A stretch of 64,000 nt of DNA from positions 1-64,000 of the IMG/VR virus record IMGVR_UViG_3300020439_000005. The stretch is one strand, 5' to 3'. Made by a program: the position numbers and the translations under genes. The stretch is from a virus. The notes beneath the pieces were generated by a model. It was not told where the DNA came from, did no database searches, and was given only the letters and a program-made list of their open reading frames with translations. Positions 20,617-32,149 of the stretch are shown piece by piece (position 1 is the stretch's first letter; every line of letters begins with the position of its first letter).

Positions 20617-21024
20617 CCAACTGTACCAATTCTCTCGGTGCCATGAAGTCGGATTTCCGTTGAAGACCCATGCTCCTTCGTTTCGGTAGTCTCCGGTCCA
20701 AGGAACATTCTCCTTAGTGCAGAGTGTACTGACTACAAAGTTAGCCCACTTGTTTACACTACCGGACCACTTCTCGCCTTCGTGTGAGGGGTGTTGGGTG
20801 ACGACAGTCTCGTTTGGGTTGTTGTGGTCGGTGCATACCCACGCCCAAGGACGCTCGTCGTCGTATGCCGGTGCAGTATAACGTCCATAGACAACCGTAA
20901 AGCCCTCAAAATATAGTGCCCCGTCTCGCATTTCCATGCGTTCGGACCGGCCTACTTCTTCAAGAAGGCCGTTTATTTCAGTCATGATTTCTTCCCGAGT
21001 TGTCGCAAATAACTGTCTGCTCAT
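20599..21024 (-). CDS. Hypothetical Trp-rich protein (class A promoter)
   Basis: ATG 22 nt from the TATA box. Confidence 0.7.
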   Translation of the reverse strand: MSRQLFATTREEIMTEINGLLEEVGRSERMEMRDGALYFEGFTVVYGRYTAPAYDDERPWAWVCTDHNNPNETVVTQHPSHEGEKWSGSVNKWANFVVSTLCTKENVPWTGDYRNEGAWVFNGNPTSWHRENWYSWLVLSD

Positions 21025-21046
21025 GTTTAACCGTAGGGGGTTGGGG

Positions 21047-21070
21047 TATATAACATGTATGTTTTGTGAA
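21047..21070 (-). promoter_or_regulatory. Class A promoter
   Basis: TTCACAAAACATACATGTTATATA. Confidence 0.8.
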
Positions 21071-24000
21071 TCAGAACCCGAACCTGTTGCTCGAACCTGC
21101 TAGAGCGTCTTGGTCTCCTATCCTTGTGATTAGGGCACCCGACCACGGCCAATACAATGTCGAGCCTCCGTGTGGTGTTCTATACCAACATAGAGGATTG
21201 GCCGACCACGCTAGGTCTAGGTCCGAAGCATTACTGCCCCAAAATCTCTGATACCTTAACTGCGGTTGGTCGTGACTGAAATCCTCTGACCCCGCCATTG
21301 TCTCGGCGGCACCCATTATGTCGAACTTACTTGTGCTAGCGTTCCATTTTATCGACGGAACAGACAACCAACGGACGTTCATAGAACGGATAACATTCTC
21401 AGATGCAGTAGCGGCGTCAAACTCGAACGAAGGAATCCACACTTCCATGAAGTGAGAGCGAGCAGTCCATATTCCGGTAGCGTCTCCGTATGAGAACCCA
21501 ACCGATGAAAGAGTCGCACTATCCGGCACACCGGGCCATGCTAGAGGGTATGGGTCATCGTCTTCGGGTGTAGGCACCGTACTAAACTCGGATGCACTTC
21601 TCCATCTTGCTACAATATGCAATTGACCCTTTCCATTCGTAGTCATTGTTAGGGCTGAGATGTCGAATGGATTTCCTGTTATTGGATGGAATATGTGTTT
21701 GGTTGTTTTGTTGGCTTCTGCTAAGTCACGCTTCGCATCCATGGCTACTATCTTAACGTCATAGACTGTGGTTGAGTAAACGAGCATCAGTCTATCTTCC
21801 TCATTGATTAAAGCATCCCAATAGATTACATTATCAGAAGCCGTACTAATTATGATTGGTGAGTTAAACGAATGAGCGGTGCCACTTGAGAATACACCTT
21901 GGGCTACGAAGATGTCTGAGTCTGCCTCGCTGTTATCAGACTCACGATACAAAATGTACGGCAGGTCATCTCCTCTAAGGCATATCTTAGGTAGGTCAAT
22001 ATCATGGTCAGATGTAGCAGTTCTGACGACTACCCAACGGCCATCATCCCAAGTTCCGGTCTGACCACTAGGCATAGCAACCCATGATTGATTTACTTCT
22101 TTCATAGTATATACTACTGAATATTCATCTGCTGAATCTACGTAGTGTATCGCCGCTAGGTGAAGCCTGTCCTTCGAGTCACAAACCAAAGACGGTTGCA
22201 TTAGATTGTCTCCGGTGCTGAACGGATTGAGAGAACCCGAGATGTTGACGGGCGTCACGGCTGACCAATCCCACTTGTAAACGTGGTCGGGACTACTTGC
22301 CACCATGACTCTATGTGCGTACGTATAGAACAGGCGTCGGTTAGGAACTCCGCTAACCGAAGCGTCACCATCTCTAGCCACTTCGATGACTGCATGAATG
22401 GTTCCGAAAGAGTCGGATGCGAATGCGGCACCGTATATTTTATCGTTAGAATCGAGGGACTGCGAGCCTATTTCACTAATTAACAATACTTCGTCGAGTC
22501 CACTACCCCCACCATTGTTCTCAGAATGTCTGTTCCAAAACAAATCACTTCCCGGTGGCTTGGTATAATGGACGTACGTAGGTTGGTTCCCACGTGATGT
22601 TTTCGTCGAAGGTCCCAAATTGAAATGATGAAGTGTTCCATCTTCGGTTCTCAAGATTCTCTGACCTTTGCCAAGGTACCCACTATGAGCAGAAGTAGCA
22701 TTTGCAGTCGAGTTAGATTCGTCAGTATTAGAAGTTGCATTACTAGCAGTTGGTTTTATGCCACGTGCGTTAACTATGCTTCCACTATCCCAATACGGAC
22801 GAACATGATTGGAGACATGTACTTCAACAGAAGACTTGAGTTGCTCTCCGACTGCTACCCAATCTTTCTTGCTTAGTTCTTGTGTTCTTGCCAACGTCAC
22901 ATGTGGATAACCTGCCGTGTAGACCTTATCCCAATCATAGTCAGACCCCGTCATAATAGGTACTGCACCTGCATGAAAGTGGTCGGTGGGGTGGTTGACC
23001 CAAAAGGCGGATAATGAGTTGCCGCTAACGAATGGTCCACCTATGAGTTCGTCGTCTAGTAGAATGTCGTTGTAAAGCACGTTCCCCGAGTTCGTGGCCC
23101 TTCTTGTAGAACCATCCTTCCATAAGTTAGTCCGTAGGTACGACTGTCCTATGGTGTTTCCATCACCTGCTAAATCAAATCCGCTCAACAAATCAGATGC
23201 TCCCTCAAGATGCAAAGTATCTGTTCGTGAGAATGGAGTTTCTAATTCTAGGTCAAGTGAGCCTTTACCACCTGCTCTAGCCCTCACATGAACTTGCCCC
23301 GGTGCTAAGAGATGCAACGGAATGTCGTAGCCTAGACCACCGTGTACCATCTTCCAAGTTCTGTCTGTTCTGTATGGATGAGTGTTGGTAGACAGCCCAA
23401 AGTGCAAAGGCCCGAAGTGAGAAAACCCACCGAGAGGTCCGACCAATTGTCGACCAACATGTGCCCCACCAACTAAAGAAGCGAATGGTGCGTCAATTGA
23501 CCCTTCGCTATACGAAGTGGTGTCGTAGGAACGTGTGTTGTACAAAGATTCGGGGAAGGCCCATCCCGACCATCCATATTCACAAAACGGACTTGCCGAA
23601 GAACCGAAGTCAGCAAACCCAACCGTAGTCGGTATGAACCTAGTCTTGCGTAGGTGTTGGTATCTATCCACAGCCCATGCGTCTACACCTGCCTTCTCAG
23701 TTGTAATATCATCATAACCATGGTAGTCGACCCTGTCGCACATTTGACGGTATGGGTAGCCATAAAGAATCGTACCATCACTTAGAATATGAGGTAGGCA
23801 CTTTGGTAGTACGGCATGAGAGCAACGTCCTTCGGGGTATGAGCCATAGGTTATCGGTATCGCCCTCTGAGCGGATTCGGGGTACCAATAAGCGATACGT
23901 GAACCGCTCCACCACGTATCTTCTTCAACCCAATTCTGAGTTCCCTTGCTTGCTCCATCAATGGTTGAGTAAGTTATCTCAAACTTGGCTTTGCCCTCTC

Positions 24001-26539
24001 TAACCCTGCCGTTTCTTGCGGGTGTATCGGACCAAAGAAGGACTAGACTTCTTGCACTAGAGTTGGCTACCATCTGACTCCATGTTGGTACATCTCCAAA
24101 GTTAGAACCACCGAATGCGTTGGTAGGGTCGAAGTAATCGTCGTAATTCAGAGCCGTTGGAACTTGGAAATGCCCCGCCGTCTCTGTGCCACTAAGAGGG
24201 TCAGAAGGTGGGGTCTCTCCTTCCCCTTGGTCTATTGCTACACATACTTTCGTAGTAGCGTTGTAATAATATCCCGGAGGACATGGATTAGAGAACCCGT
24301 CGGGGTTGAACGGCCATGCGTTAATGTCGGGTGTTGGATAGTCACCCGAGTTGCTAATCATATCTCGGTGAATAGCGGCCATCATCATTTTTCCATCTTC
24401 CATGATTCGTAGAGATGAACAATGAATAGTTGGATGAAGTAAAGATTCTGCGTAGGAAGTGTGGTCGGGGTGTCTTGCTCTGTCCTTCCTCTCTTGACCT
24501 ATGTATCTCATTAGTTCGACTTGCGGGAATACCCAATCGTGGATAGTCCATTGATACGCTGAATTGGAGATTGTTATTCCTGTTCGGGAGTCAAGGCTCT
24601 CGCTTTTTCCTACTAACAGATTGTACAATGGGTTGTCTGTTGGTGTTGTACTGTCCGTCGTGTACAGAGCGTCATTGTTAGCGGTCCACTTGAAGATGAG
24701 TAGTTCACTCCCTCTCGGATTACCTGCCGCTCCGCTTCCACCATCGGGCCACACCTGCCCTGTGCCCCAAACTTCTGAGTTGAAGTCGCTCGCATCTATC
24801 GCATCTGCTCCAACTAATAATTCTCCACCGTACGCATCTGCGTCCCAAAGGTGACTGATTCCTCCTCTTTGGTAGAATCCTCCCGACTCTACGGTGCCGC
24901 ATAGTTTGGGTATGCGAGTCCAATTTGGATTAGCAAGAGGTCTGAATGGTGTTATCTGATGTAGACCCCATGAGGTCTGACTGACTGCGAAAGTCTGAGC
25001 GGTCGTTCCCAACTTCACACCTGTTAGCGTTGGGTCTAGTCTGAATACTGCATGATAGATAGTCACGCTGTCTTGTGAGTAGTCTGCGTCGATAAATGGT
25101 TCATCCAAAGTGGGGTCATTACGGCTTGTGTAGTCTGCGGTTCCTCCTTCCGATACCGTCTTTGGTGTTGGTACTACGGAGACTAATACGTGATAGTCTA
25201 CTATCGGCTTTCTGAATGATACTCCCTCTACTGTGACGTTCTCATATCGAATCAAAGATGGGACGACTCGAACTCGGGTCGGCACCTTGTCTGCTAGGAA
25301 AGTGGAGGAGATTGCAGTCGTACCATTCCACGCTCCCGTACCCGTAGTATCTCCATAGATACGTCCACCTGCTAGTGAGTAGGTTGACTTCAAACTGTTA
25401 GTGGTGGTGGTGCCTGTATTGTATGATGCCGAAGTATCGACATTTCTTCCGGTTATGAATCTAGTTTGGTTGTCGTTCGTATCTCCTGTGTACCCCGACC
25501 TACGAGCCGCCGTACCTAGAGAATCTTGTAGAGGATGTATTGCACTTCCGTTTGTGTAGTTGTATCGAGAACCTGTGGCTAAGGTATGGTCTGCATACCA
25601 CTTGCCATTTCTCAAAAGGCTTTGACCGGAATGAACCTGTACGTTCAGCCCCGAGTATGTTCCTTTAGTCTCGTCCGTAGGTACGTTGTGAAATGCTGAT
25701 ACTACGAATACGCCATCGTAGCCAATCAAACCACAGGTGTCTAGTACCATGTGGTTTCCCTGTTCAACTCTACCTAGGTCATAAGTTGAGGAACCGTCTA
25801 CAACTAGAGGAACTTGTATCGTCTCATAGTTGGTTAGAATGTTAGAAGTCTCAGTAGCACTCTCTGTACTCAGAGGAGAACCTAATGTTGTACCGGACGC
25901 CAATACAGTTTGACGTGCCCCTAGATTGATTCCCCAAAGAGATGAGCATGCTGTTCCTTGGTTAGTCCTGTTAGTAAGTCCTGTTGTTGTGATGTCGGAC
26001 TTATCCGACACGAATCCTACTGTTGAATATGCGGTGTTGTGAAAAGAACCGAACGATATTCCGAGTCCGTTGGAAGCAATATCAGTAGAAGTGTAGAATG
26101 CTATATTCAACGGAGACCCGTTGGTTGAGGTTCTGCCGAGAGTGAGTTGGTTATCTTGTGCGGGGATTTCAGTTGTGTCTCTCTTGACTGAGAATGTATG
26201 ATTCGCAGGTACGTTGCCTGTGTCTGTTCTTCTCTTGTGTGCCCCGAACCTACCCGGTTCTGTGATGGTCATTACTGTCCCCGATACTGATACCGAGGTA
26301 GCAGATGATGAATGCAGAGAACCTACGACGCTCGCACTTTCTATTTGGCTAGTCTCCAACCAACCGAGGTCGCTGTTCAGACGTGGTGGGGACACGTTGA
26401 GAAGAAGGTCGTATGCGGTGGGGTTTGTTGTTGGGTTCCAAGCATACCGATAAGTCGCTTCGTCATTTACAATAGAGGTTAGAGGAAGACCCGCTTCTGC
26501 ACCCACAGGTGGCTTCATATCAACGGGTGTTCGAGGCAT
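21071..26539 (-). CDS. Large virion tail protein (1822 aa), C-terminal beta-propeller-like repeats
   Basis: S/T/G-rich; repeated xDSxxxlHl motifs (ASDSFGTIHAV, CDSKDRLHLA, TNGKGQLHIV); in tail cluster. Confidence 0.65.
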   Translation of the reverse strand: MPRTPVDMKPPVGAEAGLPLTSIVNDEATYRYAWNPTTNPTAYDLLLNVSPPRLNSDLGWLETSQIESASVVGSLHSSSATSVSVSGTVMTITEPGRFGAHKRRTDTGNVPANHTFSVKRDTTEIPAQDNQLTLGRTSTNGSPLNIAFYTSTDIASNGLGISFGSFHNTAYSTVGFVSDKSDITTTGLTNRTNQGTACSSLWGINLGARQTVLASGTTLGSPLSTESATETSNILTNYETIQVPLVVDGSSTYDLGRVEQGNHMVLDTCGLIGYDGVFVVSAFHNVPTDETKGTYSGLNVQVHSGQSLLRNGKWYADHTLATGSRYNYTNGSAIHPLQDSLGTAARRSGYTGDTNDNQTRFITGRNVDTSASYNTGTTTTNSLKSTYSLAGGRIYGDTTGTGAWNGTTAISSTFLADKVPTRVRVVPSLIRYENVTVEGVSFRKPIVDYHVLVSVVPTPKTVSEGGTADYTSRNDPTLDEPFIDADYSQDSVTIYHAVFRLDPTLTGVKLGTTAQTFAVSQTSWGLHQITPFRPLANPNWTRIPKLCGTVESGGFYQRGGISHLWDADAYGGELLVGADAIDASDFNSEVWGTGQVWPDGGSGAAGNPRGSELLIFKWTANNDALYTTDSTTPTDNPLYNLLVGKSESLDSRTGITISNSAYQWTIHDWVFPQVELMRYIGQERKDRARHPDHTSYAESLLHPTIHCSSLRIMEDGKMMMAAIHRDMISNSGDYPTPDINAWPFNPDGFSNPCPPGYYYNATTKVCVAIDQGEGETPPSDPLSGTETAGHFQVPTALNYDDYFDPTNAFGGSNFGDVPTWSQMVANSSARSLVLLWSDTPARNGRVREGKAKFEITYSTIDGASKGTQNWVEEDTWWSGSRIAYWYPESAQRAIPITYGSYPEGRCSHAVLPKCLPHILSDGTILYGYPYRQMCDRVDYHGYDDITTEKAGVDAWAVDRYQHLRKTRFIPTTVGFADFGSSASPFCEYGWSGWAFPESLYNTRSYDTTSYSEGSIDAPFASLVGGAHVGRQLVGPLGGFSHFGPLHFGLSTNTHPYRTDRTWKMVHGGLGYDIPLHLLAPGQVHVRARAGGKGSLDLELETPFSRTDTLHLEGASDLLSGFDLAGDGNTIGQSYLRTNLWKDGSTRRATNSGNVLYNDILLDDELIGGPFVSGNSLSAFWVNHPTDHFHAGAVPIMTGSDYDWDKVYTAGYPHVTLARTQELSKKDWVAVGEQLKSSVEVHVSNHVRPYWDSGSIVNARGIKPTASNATSNTDESNSTANATSAHSGYLGKGQRILRTEDGTLHHFNLGPSTKTSRGNQPTYVHYTKPPGSDLFWNRHSENNGGGSGLDEVLLISEIGSQSLDSNDKIYGAAFASDSFGTIHAVIEVARDGDASVSGVPNRRLFYTYAHRVMVASSPDHVYKWDWSAVTPVNISGSLNPFSTGDNLMQPSLVCDSKDRLHLAAIHYVDSADEYSVVYTMKEVNQSWVAMPSGQTGTWDDGRWVVVRTATSDHDIDLPKICLRGDDLPYILYRESDNSEADSDIFVAQGVFSSGTAHSFNSPIIISTASDNVIYWDALINEEDRLMLVYSTTVYDVKIVAMDAKRDLAEANKTTKHIFHPITGNPFDISALTMTTNGKGQLHIVARWRSASEFSTVPTPEDDDPYPLAWPGVPDSATLSSVGFSYGDATGIWTARSHFMEVWIPSFEFDAATASENVIRSMNVRWLSVPSIKWNASTSKFDIMGAAETMAGSEDFSHDQPQLRYQRFWGSNASDLDLAWSANPLCWYRTPHGGSTLYWPWSGALITRIGDQDALAGSSNRFGF

Positions 26540-26542
26540 GTA

Positions 26543-29500
26543 TCAAGCCCCCAACCCCGCCTCTCGGACGAAGACTGCGGTGTATGGGGTCTGTCCGACT
26601 TCCCCACCTTGTCTCTGATAGTTGAAAGAAATCATACGGCCTACGAAGGTCTTGTTTGTTGCAGTACCCGAGTAGTTCACGGCCTCGTACTCGAACTCAA
26701 CCAATGCTCCGCTCTGCAACAACTCCTCCATGAACTCAATGTCTGTGTTCTCAGTCTCCTTTAGGAATATACCCGCCATCTCGAACTCATCAGTTCTCTG
26801 ACCCTTGTCTGTGACTTCGGGATATACTGCATCGAGTACAGGAGTCTGAGTGAAGTTTGCTGACCTTCTCCTGTTGAAAGACGAAGGTCTAGTGTTCAGA
26901 GTCAGAGGTACAATAAGCGTCGCAGGTAGAACCTTGACTACAACCTTAACGGTAGGCGACGCAGTTCCGTTAGAATCGGTCACTATCAGAGTGGCTTGGT
27001 ACTCTCCGGCTTCTGCATAGGTGTGGTCATTGTATGCAGTTGAACCGCTAACGTCGGAAGACCCGTCACCAAACGAGAATGCGTAGGTACTCAGAGATGC
27101 TGAGGTATTGATGCTGTAAGATGAGGTACCATCGAATCTGATTGCTTGACCTGCTCTAACCATAGTTGGTATCGCACGTAGTACGGCGACAGGAGCGGCG
27201 TTCGTGATAGTGTATGTGATAGTGGGGTCTGATGCAACAGACTCAACGTCGTTATCATCTTTGACGTAAGCCTTGACGTTCCTAGTCCCCGACGTTGTAC
27301 TATACACGTGCGAGATGTCTTGAGTTATCGAATTAGCCGGTGTCTTGACTTCGACCCAACCACTATCTGTACCGTCTCCATACTCGACCTTGATTTCCTT
27401 AATCTTCCTGTCTGCGTCGGTGCTAGAGCCTGTGACTCTGAAGGTCACTACATGCCCTACCTTGGTTGTGAATGATGTATCACTTGAGCCTACGCTTGTT
27501 GCCGTACTAGCGTCGTATGAGTTGCTAACCACGGCTACATCAGCGTCCGGCTTGACGTTGTATTCTATGTCCCATTGTGTTATGGTTGGAATAGCGGACC
27601 AATCAATCGGATGATGCAGGGTATCAGAGACGGAGGGGATGTAGAAAAGATACCTAATGACGAATCCGTCTGTTATGGCTGTCGTGTCGAGGTCTGTTAG
27701 GTCTAGGGTACCAAACCCACCTGTGAATGTAATAGTCCTCTCCTCGTAGCCCGGAATGACCGTAGAAGCCTCTTGGTCTATGGTGGCTACCGTTGGTGGT
27801 CGTAGTAGTGTGACTCTCAAGTCCATTCCCCTAGATGTATCGACGTTTTCTGCATAGATGTTGAGCGACGTGTACTTCCCGACGTTTGTTGCGGGTTGTT
27901 GTTTGATTGTATCTACGGTGAAAGGTAGCATGTTTGCGGTAGGCAACTGACGGAGAGTCATAGAGTCGATTTGTAAGTCTTGGTTAGACTTCTGCAAAGT
28001 TGGGTTAGTCAATCGAGTTATCTCGCCCTTCGAGTCAAGGTGTTCCGTAGGTGAAGCGGGTACATGTGCAAGAGTTCTTGCCGGATAGTAAAACCAATCT
28101 CGGTTTCCGTCGCTACCATCATACCCGCCGAGTACGCTCGTCTCTATCGCATCTCGATAGATTGGTTCACTTTCCATGGCTACTAGAACATGGAATGTGT
28201 CTCCATTATTTGATGAAGAAAGCGAAGGGGTGAAGTTTGCATCAATCCATGTGAAGTTTGAAATTATTAACTGATTACTTGTGACTGAGAATGTTCCTTT
28301 TCCAATATACACATTACTTGTCTTGAGGTTCGCTAGTGATGTTGCTACAACAAAATACTGATTGTTTGCCTCGTCCAACCCCGTTATCTTAGTCCAATCT
28401 GCACTTGCGTCTGTTGATGAATTGAAGTTGATTATTGTTGGACTTGTAGTGTGGGTGTAAGTCATAGGACCTACGTAGTAATTGTAGCGGGCACCCTCAT
28501 ACGAGCCATGACTTAGTCTATCATCTCGATTGTAGTCTCTTAGCCCTGTGTTCATTACTGCGGGGTCTCCTTCCAACCAAAAGTCCGCCCATTCTTCAGT
28601 ACCGGCTGATGGATATGCAATAGGGGTTCTAATTGGGAATGTTGCTATGTCGCACATCTTGATGCTCATAGCCCAAACGGGGATTCGACATGACCTGTCG
28701 GTACCGACTACTTCGCCGTTCCACATGAACGTCATTCCTTTCTCATTGAAGATTGTCCGTAGGGTGTTGGTTCCTTGAGCGAATGAAAAATAGTTGGAGG
28801 TTCCAAATCCACTTCCTAATTTTCCGAATCCTCCTGTGCCGGGTATGTCGAACTTGTCGTTGCCGTCGACGTCGACAAAGCCCGTCCATGTCCCATCAGT
28901 TGTAAGGTGTGGTGCCCCACCCGTCATCCATACTGCGGGTCTGTTGAAGGTCGAGAGTGGAGGGAATGATACTGTGCTTTTGCTGTTGGCTAGTGGGTTG
29001 TAGGCATTAGTAGTAATAACGGTGTTCTGAGCGTTAGGCGTATGATTCCAAAACAACCTACGCATGTTGTGTAAACCGGGTACCTGCCTGTAAGTACCCG
29101 AAGTAATATCGGTATTGTCTGCGGTTGGTGTTGTACCAAAGAATCCGCCCCTCCTATAACCGAGATTGGTTCCGCTATGTTGGAAGGAACTCATAGCAAG
29201 TGAGAATACTCCGACTTCTCCATCTGTGCCTATTGTGCTAGACCCAAACTTCGAGTCTCCGAAGAACTCAAGGTCATTCGATGTACCACCCAATGAAGTT
29301 CCACTAACTGATAGTGGTGCCCTGTATTGAGTCACACCATCTATGTCTACACCATCCCATATCGGCTCTATTCCCATGCCGTAGTTCTGAGCCGGTGTGT
29401 CTACGACCATAGAGTGTCGACCGAATACAGGATGGGATTCGTTGCCGTCGAACTCGATTAATACCATGCGGTTCGCTTGGCTCGGGAAGTGTGCGGTCAA

Positions 29501-32149
29501 TTCCATATCGAGATAGATTGGCGAGCAAGCCATCTCTGAAAGTCCGTACTTAGTAGTGGATTCTCTAGCCGTGACTTGGTTTCCACTTGCGGAGGAAGTC
29601 CACGTTGAGGAATGGTCGGTGCTACGGAGTAGCGTAGGAGACATGGAAAGTCTAGTTCCTAATCGCTCATGTCCGGGCCAAGGTCTGTTCCTTCCATAGG
29701 TCCATGTTCCACTAACTCCGGTTGGTTTGATGTAGTCCCATGCTCGACGACCTGTGTTGGTGTCGGTGAAAGACCAAAACGGCGTACTAACACCACGGAA
29801 TAACCACTTATCATGACCGTACTCACCATTCATTCTAGGGAAGCCACTATCGGCTCTAAGGACTATTTCACCATCTGATGTTGCTATGTATCTATCACAT
29901 AGGTCGTAGCCTAATGGCGGTGGTATTCGTAATGCACCTTCACCTTCTCCGTAGATGTTAGGAGATAAGTAGTTGTTATCTGTGCCATCAATTGATACTA
30001 TCGAGATGCCCCGAAGGACGACTTTACCATCACGATGTTTACCATCAACCGAAGGTAAGGAGCGTTCACCAATCGTAGGTCTACCGGGATAAGTTGCGTC
30101 TGCTGACGAACGAGCCGGTACGTTGCTATCCATCTGAGATACTCCGGCTTGGAAGCCTGTTCCGAGTTGGTCGTGAGATGGGTCGCCCTGTGCGTTGGCG
30201 TCCCTCTTTGATACTGAGAATATGGAGTTGCTTGCGGCGGTGCTACTAGCGTCGGCAGTATGATAGTAGCCCTGTTCAGACCCACCAATCATACCTATTC
30301 TGAAATAAACTGTTCCACGTGAATAATGATAAAACCCTTCATCACCTGTAAGGCCATTCTCGAATATGCTACCATGACTGAGTGTTAACTTGCATACTGT
30401 TCTATCAGAGCCACTTTGACCACTATTGCCATAGGCTGTCGTACCTGCACTTGGATTACCTAGTGCGGTGCCCCAAGCCGTAGCGTTTCCTGTGGTAGTG
30501 ACTGAATCCGAAGACAATAACCACCATCCATTCCAATTTCTACCTACGACGGATGAGTCCTCTGCTTCTTCATTAGTACCGTCTGTGTTCCCTCTAAGAC
30601 CCCATCTGTCCGGCCATAGCCTGTGTACGTTGGATGGGAATGTTGCGTCTTTACCTGTTCCTATAACTCCTGTAATACCTTCAAGATATATCGGCGTACC
30701 TGCGGGCAGTTCTTGTATCTCGGTGGTAGTCATACAGTCAACGTATATTCGTAGACCACCACTACTATTCTTTTCGATAGCAAGAACGGCTCCCCTGTGA
30801 GGCGGGGGAGCAAGTGCATACTTATGCACACCACCGTTGGTCTGAGAGTCTGTGGTATGCCTATCCGTCATTTGCTCGTTGAGCCAATTGTTGCTCTGAG
30901 CCGAAGGTGCAAGTGGACCCTGTGTGAAGTCAAAGAATGGGAATACTTGAGCGGAACAGTCTTTGGTCTCGTCATAATTGGTTGAGACATAGGTACTGTC
31001 GTCTTCACTACCATATCCTTGTAGTCCATCCCATATTGAGTATAGAGTCGATGTGACCGTACCGCCGATGTGTCTTGTTTGGTCGTAGACGTATGGTATG
31101 ATTACACCGTCGTTAAGGCTGTACGTACCATCTTTCAAAAAGCAAGCAAGAGCCATCTTCATTCTATACTTGGGTCCTTGGACTGCTGTGCTGTCGAAGG
31201 ACATGTGGAAGTTGCTCATTGGTAAAGCGTCAACTGTGTTAGCGTGAAGAAGGCCGGTTAGGTGGTCTCCCGATTTACCGAATATCTTGTACTTGATAGT
31301 AGCCGAGTCTGCACCTTCGGGGTCCGGCTCGTATCTCGTTATTCCATTGGCATAGTAGGCCGATGCGGGATAGCCCTTTGCTATCTTAGTCGTGGCACTT
31401 GTTATCTCCTTGTGAAATTGATTTACGTCAAGGAGCATAGGATGGAAGACAGTCGCTCTGTAAGGAGAATCGTTAGGTAGTGCGTCATATCCAAAGTCAC
31501 TCTCGCTGTTGGTATCGACCATCCATGTTATTCTTGTATCTGCGGTGTGAGTCGGAAGTGCAGTTGACGAAGACGCTTCTCTACCTTGTACGCCGTGAGG
31601 CAACCATGCGGGTTTGTCTGCGTTGGATTCTCCGACGTGTCGATAGTCGTCGATGAACTCGGCGAGTTCCTGTATGGTCATGAAGACAGGGTATGGACCG
31701 TTATCACGAACTGACTCGGTCACTTCTGTTTGTAAGGGGCTACTTCGCTTCGCAGGTTCGTAGGTGGCAGAATACTCAGAGAATGAATCGGCGGTCTGTG
31801 CCGTTGGAGCGATAAGGAATACCGACGTCTTAGAAGAAGCCGAATGATTCAAAGTGCAAATTGGCTTGAAGCCACCCGACCCCGAGATAGTGATGGTTCG
31901 CTCGGTTCCGGTGGGTGTAGTACCGTCGTCCATTATCGCCTCGACTCTGATACCGGGCGTACGTGCGACGTCGTCCACGCCTCCTAAATCTGCGGCGGTG
32001 TTAGGTCCGAAAGTAGAACGAAATACTTGAGGGTCGACAGTTAGACCACCCTCACCTTTGACGTAAGCGGGCCACATTGGTTGGAGTTCAGCGAGACCAT
32101 TCTTCACACGTGAGAACGGCTTGTCTATGTTCTGTGTACTCCTCGCCAT
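26543..32149 (-). CDS. Large tail protein (1868 aa) with PKD domains
   Basis: YGDGTDS..SHVYS and FSFGDGS..HTYAEAGEYQATLIVTDSNG PKD motifs; directly follows the tape measure gene. Confidence 0.75.
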   Translation of the reverse strand: MARSTQNIDKPFSRVKNGLAELQPMWPAYVKGEGGLTVDPQVFRSTFGPNTAADLGGVDDVARTPGIRVEAIMDDGTTPTGTERTITISGSGGFKPICTLNHSASSKTSVFLIAPTAQTADSFSEYSATYEPAKRSSPLQTEVTESVRDNGPYPVFMTIQELAEFIDDYRHVGESNADKPAWLPHGVQGREASSSTALPTHTADTRITWMVDTNSESDFGYDALPNDSPYRATVFHPMLLDVNQFHKEITSATTKIAKGYPASAYYANGITRYEPDPEGADSATIKYKIFGKSGDHLTGLLHANTVDALPMSNFHMSFDSTAVQGPKYRMKMALACFLKDGTYSLNDGVIIPYVYDQTRHIGGTVTSTLYSIWDGLQGYGSEDDSTYVSTNYDETKDCSAQVFPFFDFTQGPLAPSAQSNNWLNEQMTDRHTTDSQTNGGVHKYALAPPPHRGAVLAIEKNSSGGLRIYVDCMTTTEIQELPAGTPIYLEGITGVIGTGKDATFPSNVHRLWPDRWGLRGNTDGTNEEAEDSSVVGRNWNGWWLLSSDSVTTTGNATAWGTALGNPSAGTTAYGNSGQSGSDRTVCKLTLSHGSIFENGLTGDEGFYHYSRGTVYFRIGMIGGSEQGYYHTADASSTAASNSIFSVSKRDANAQGDPSHDQLGTGFQAGVSQMDSNVPARSSADATYPGRPTIGERSLPSVDGKHRDGKVVLRGISIVSIDGTDNNYLSPNIYGEGEGALRIPPPLGYDLCDRYIATSDGEIVLRADSGFPRMNGEYGHDKWLFRGVSTPFWSFTDTNTGRRAWDYIKPTGVSGTWTYGRNRPWPGHERLGTRLSMSPTLLRSTDHSSTWTSSASGNQVTARESTTKYGLSEMACSPIYLDMELTAHFPSQANRMVLIEFDGNESHPVFGRHSMVVDTPAQNYGMGIEPIWDGVDIDGVTQYRAPLSVSGTSLGGTSNDLEFFGDSKFGSSTIGTDGEVGVFSLAMSSFQHSGTNLGYRRGGFFGTTPTADNTDITSGTYRQVPGLHNMRRLFWNHTPNAQNTVITTNAYNPLANSKSTVSFPPLSTFNRPAVWMTGGAPHLTTDGTWTGFVDVDGNDKFDIPGTGGFGKLGSGFGTSNYFSFAQGTNTLRTIFNEKGMTFMWNGEVVGTDRSCRIPVWAMSIKMCDIATFPIRTPIAYPSAGTEEWADFWLEGDPAVMNTGLRDYNRDDRLSHGSYEGARYNYYVGPMTYTHTTSPTIINFNSSTDASADWTKITGLDEANNQYFVVATSLANLKTSNVYIGKGTFSVTSNQLIISNFTWIDANFTPSLSSSNNGDTFHVLVAMESEPIYRDAIETSVLGGYDGSDGNRDWFYYPARTLAHVPASPTEHLDSKGEITRLTNPTLQKSNQDLQIDSMTLRQLPTANMLPFTVDTIKQQPATNVGKYTSLNIYAENVDTSRGMDLRVTLLRPPTVATIDQEASTVIPGYEERTITFTGGFGTLDLTDLDTTAITDGFVIRYLFYIPSVSDTLHHPIDWSAIPTITQWDIEYNVKPDADVAVVSNSYDASTATSVGSSDTSFTTKVGHVVTFRVTGSSTDADRKIKEIKVEYGDGTDSGWVEVKTPANSITQDISHVYSTTSGTRNVKAYVKDDNDVESVASDPTITYTITNAAPVAVLRAIPTMVRAGQAIRFDGTSSYSINTSASLSTYAFSFGDGSSDVSGSTAYNDHTYAEAGEYQATLIVTDSNGTASPTVKVVVKVLPATLIVPLTLNTRPSSFNRRRSANFTQTPVLDAVYPEVTDKGQRTDEFEMAGIFLKETENTDIEFMEELLQSGALVEFEYEAVNYSGTATNKTFVGRMISFNYQRQGGEVGQTPYTAVFVREAGLGA

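Noticed and set aside
21071-32149. Diversity-generating retroelement targeting tail proteins
   Set aside because: No reverse transcriptase in the window and no template/variable repeat pair noticed
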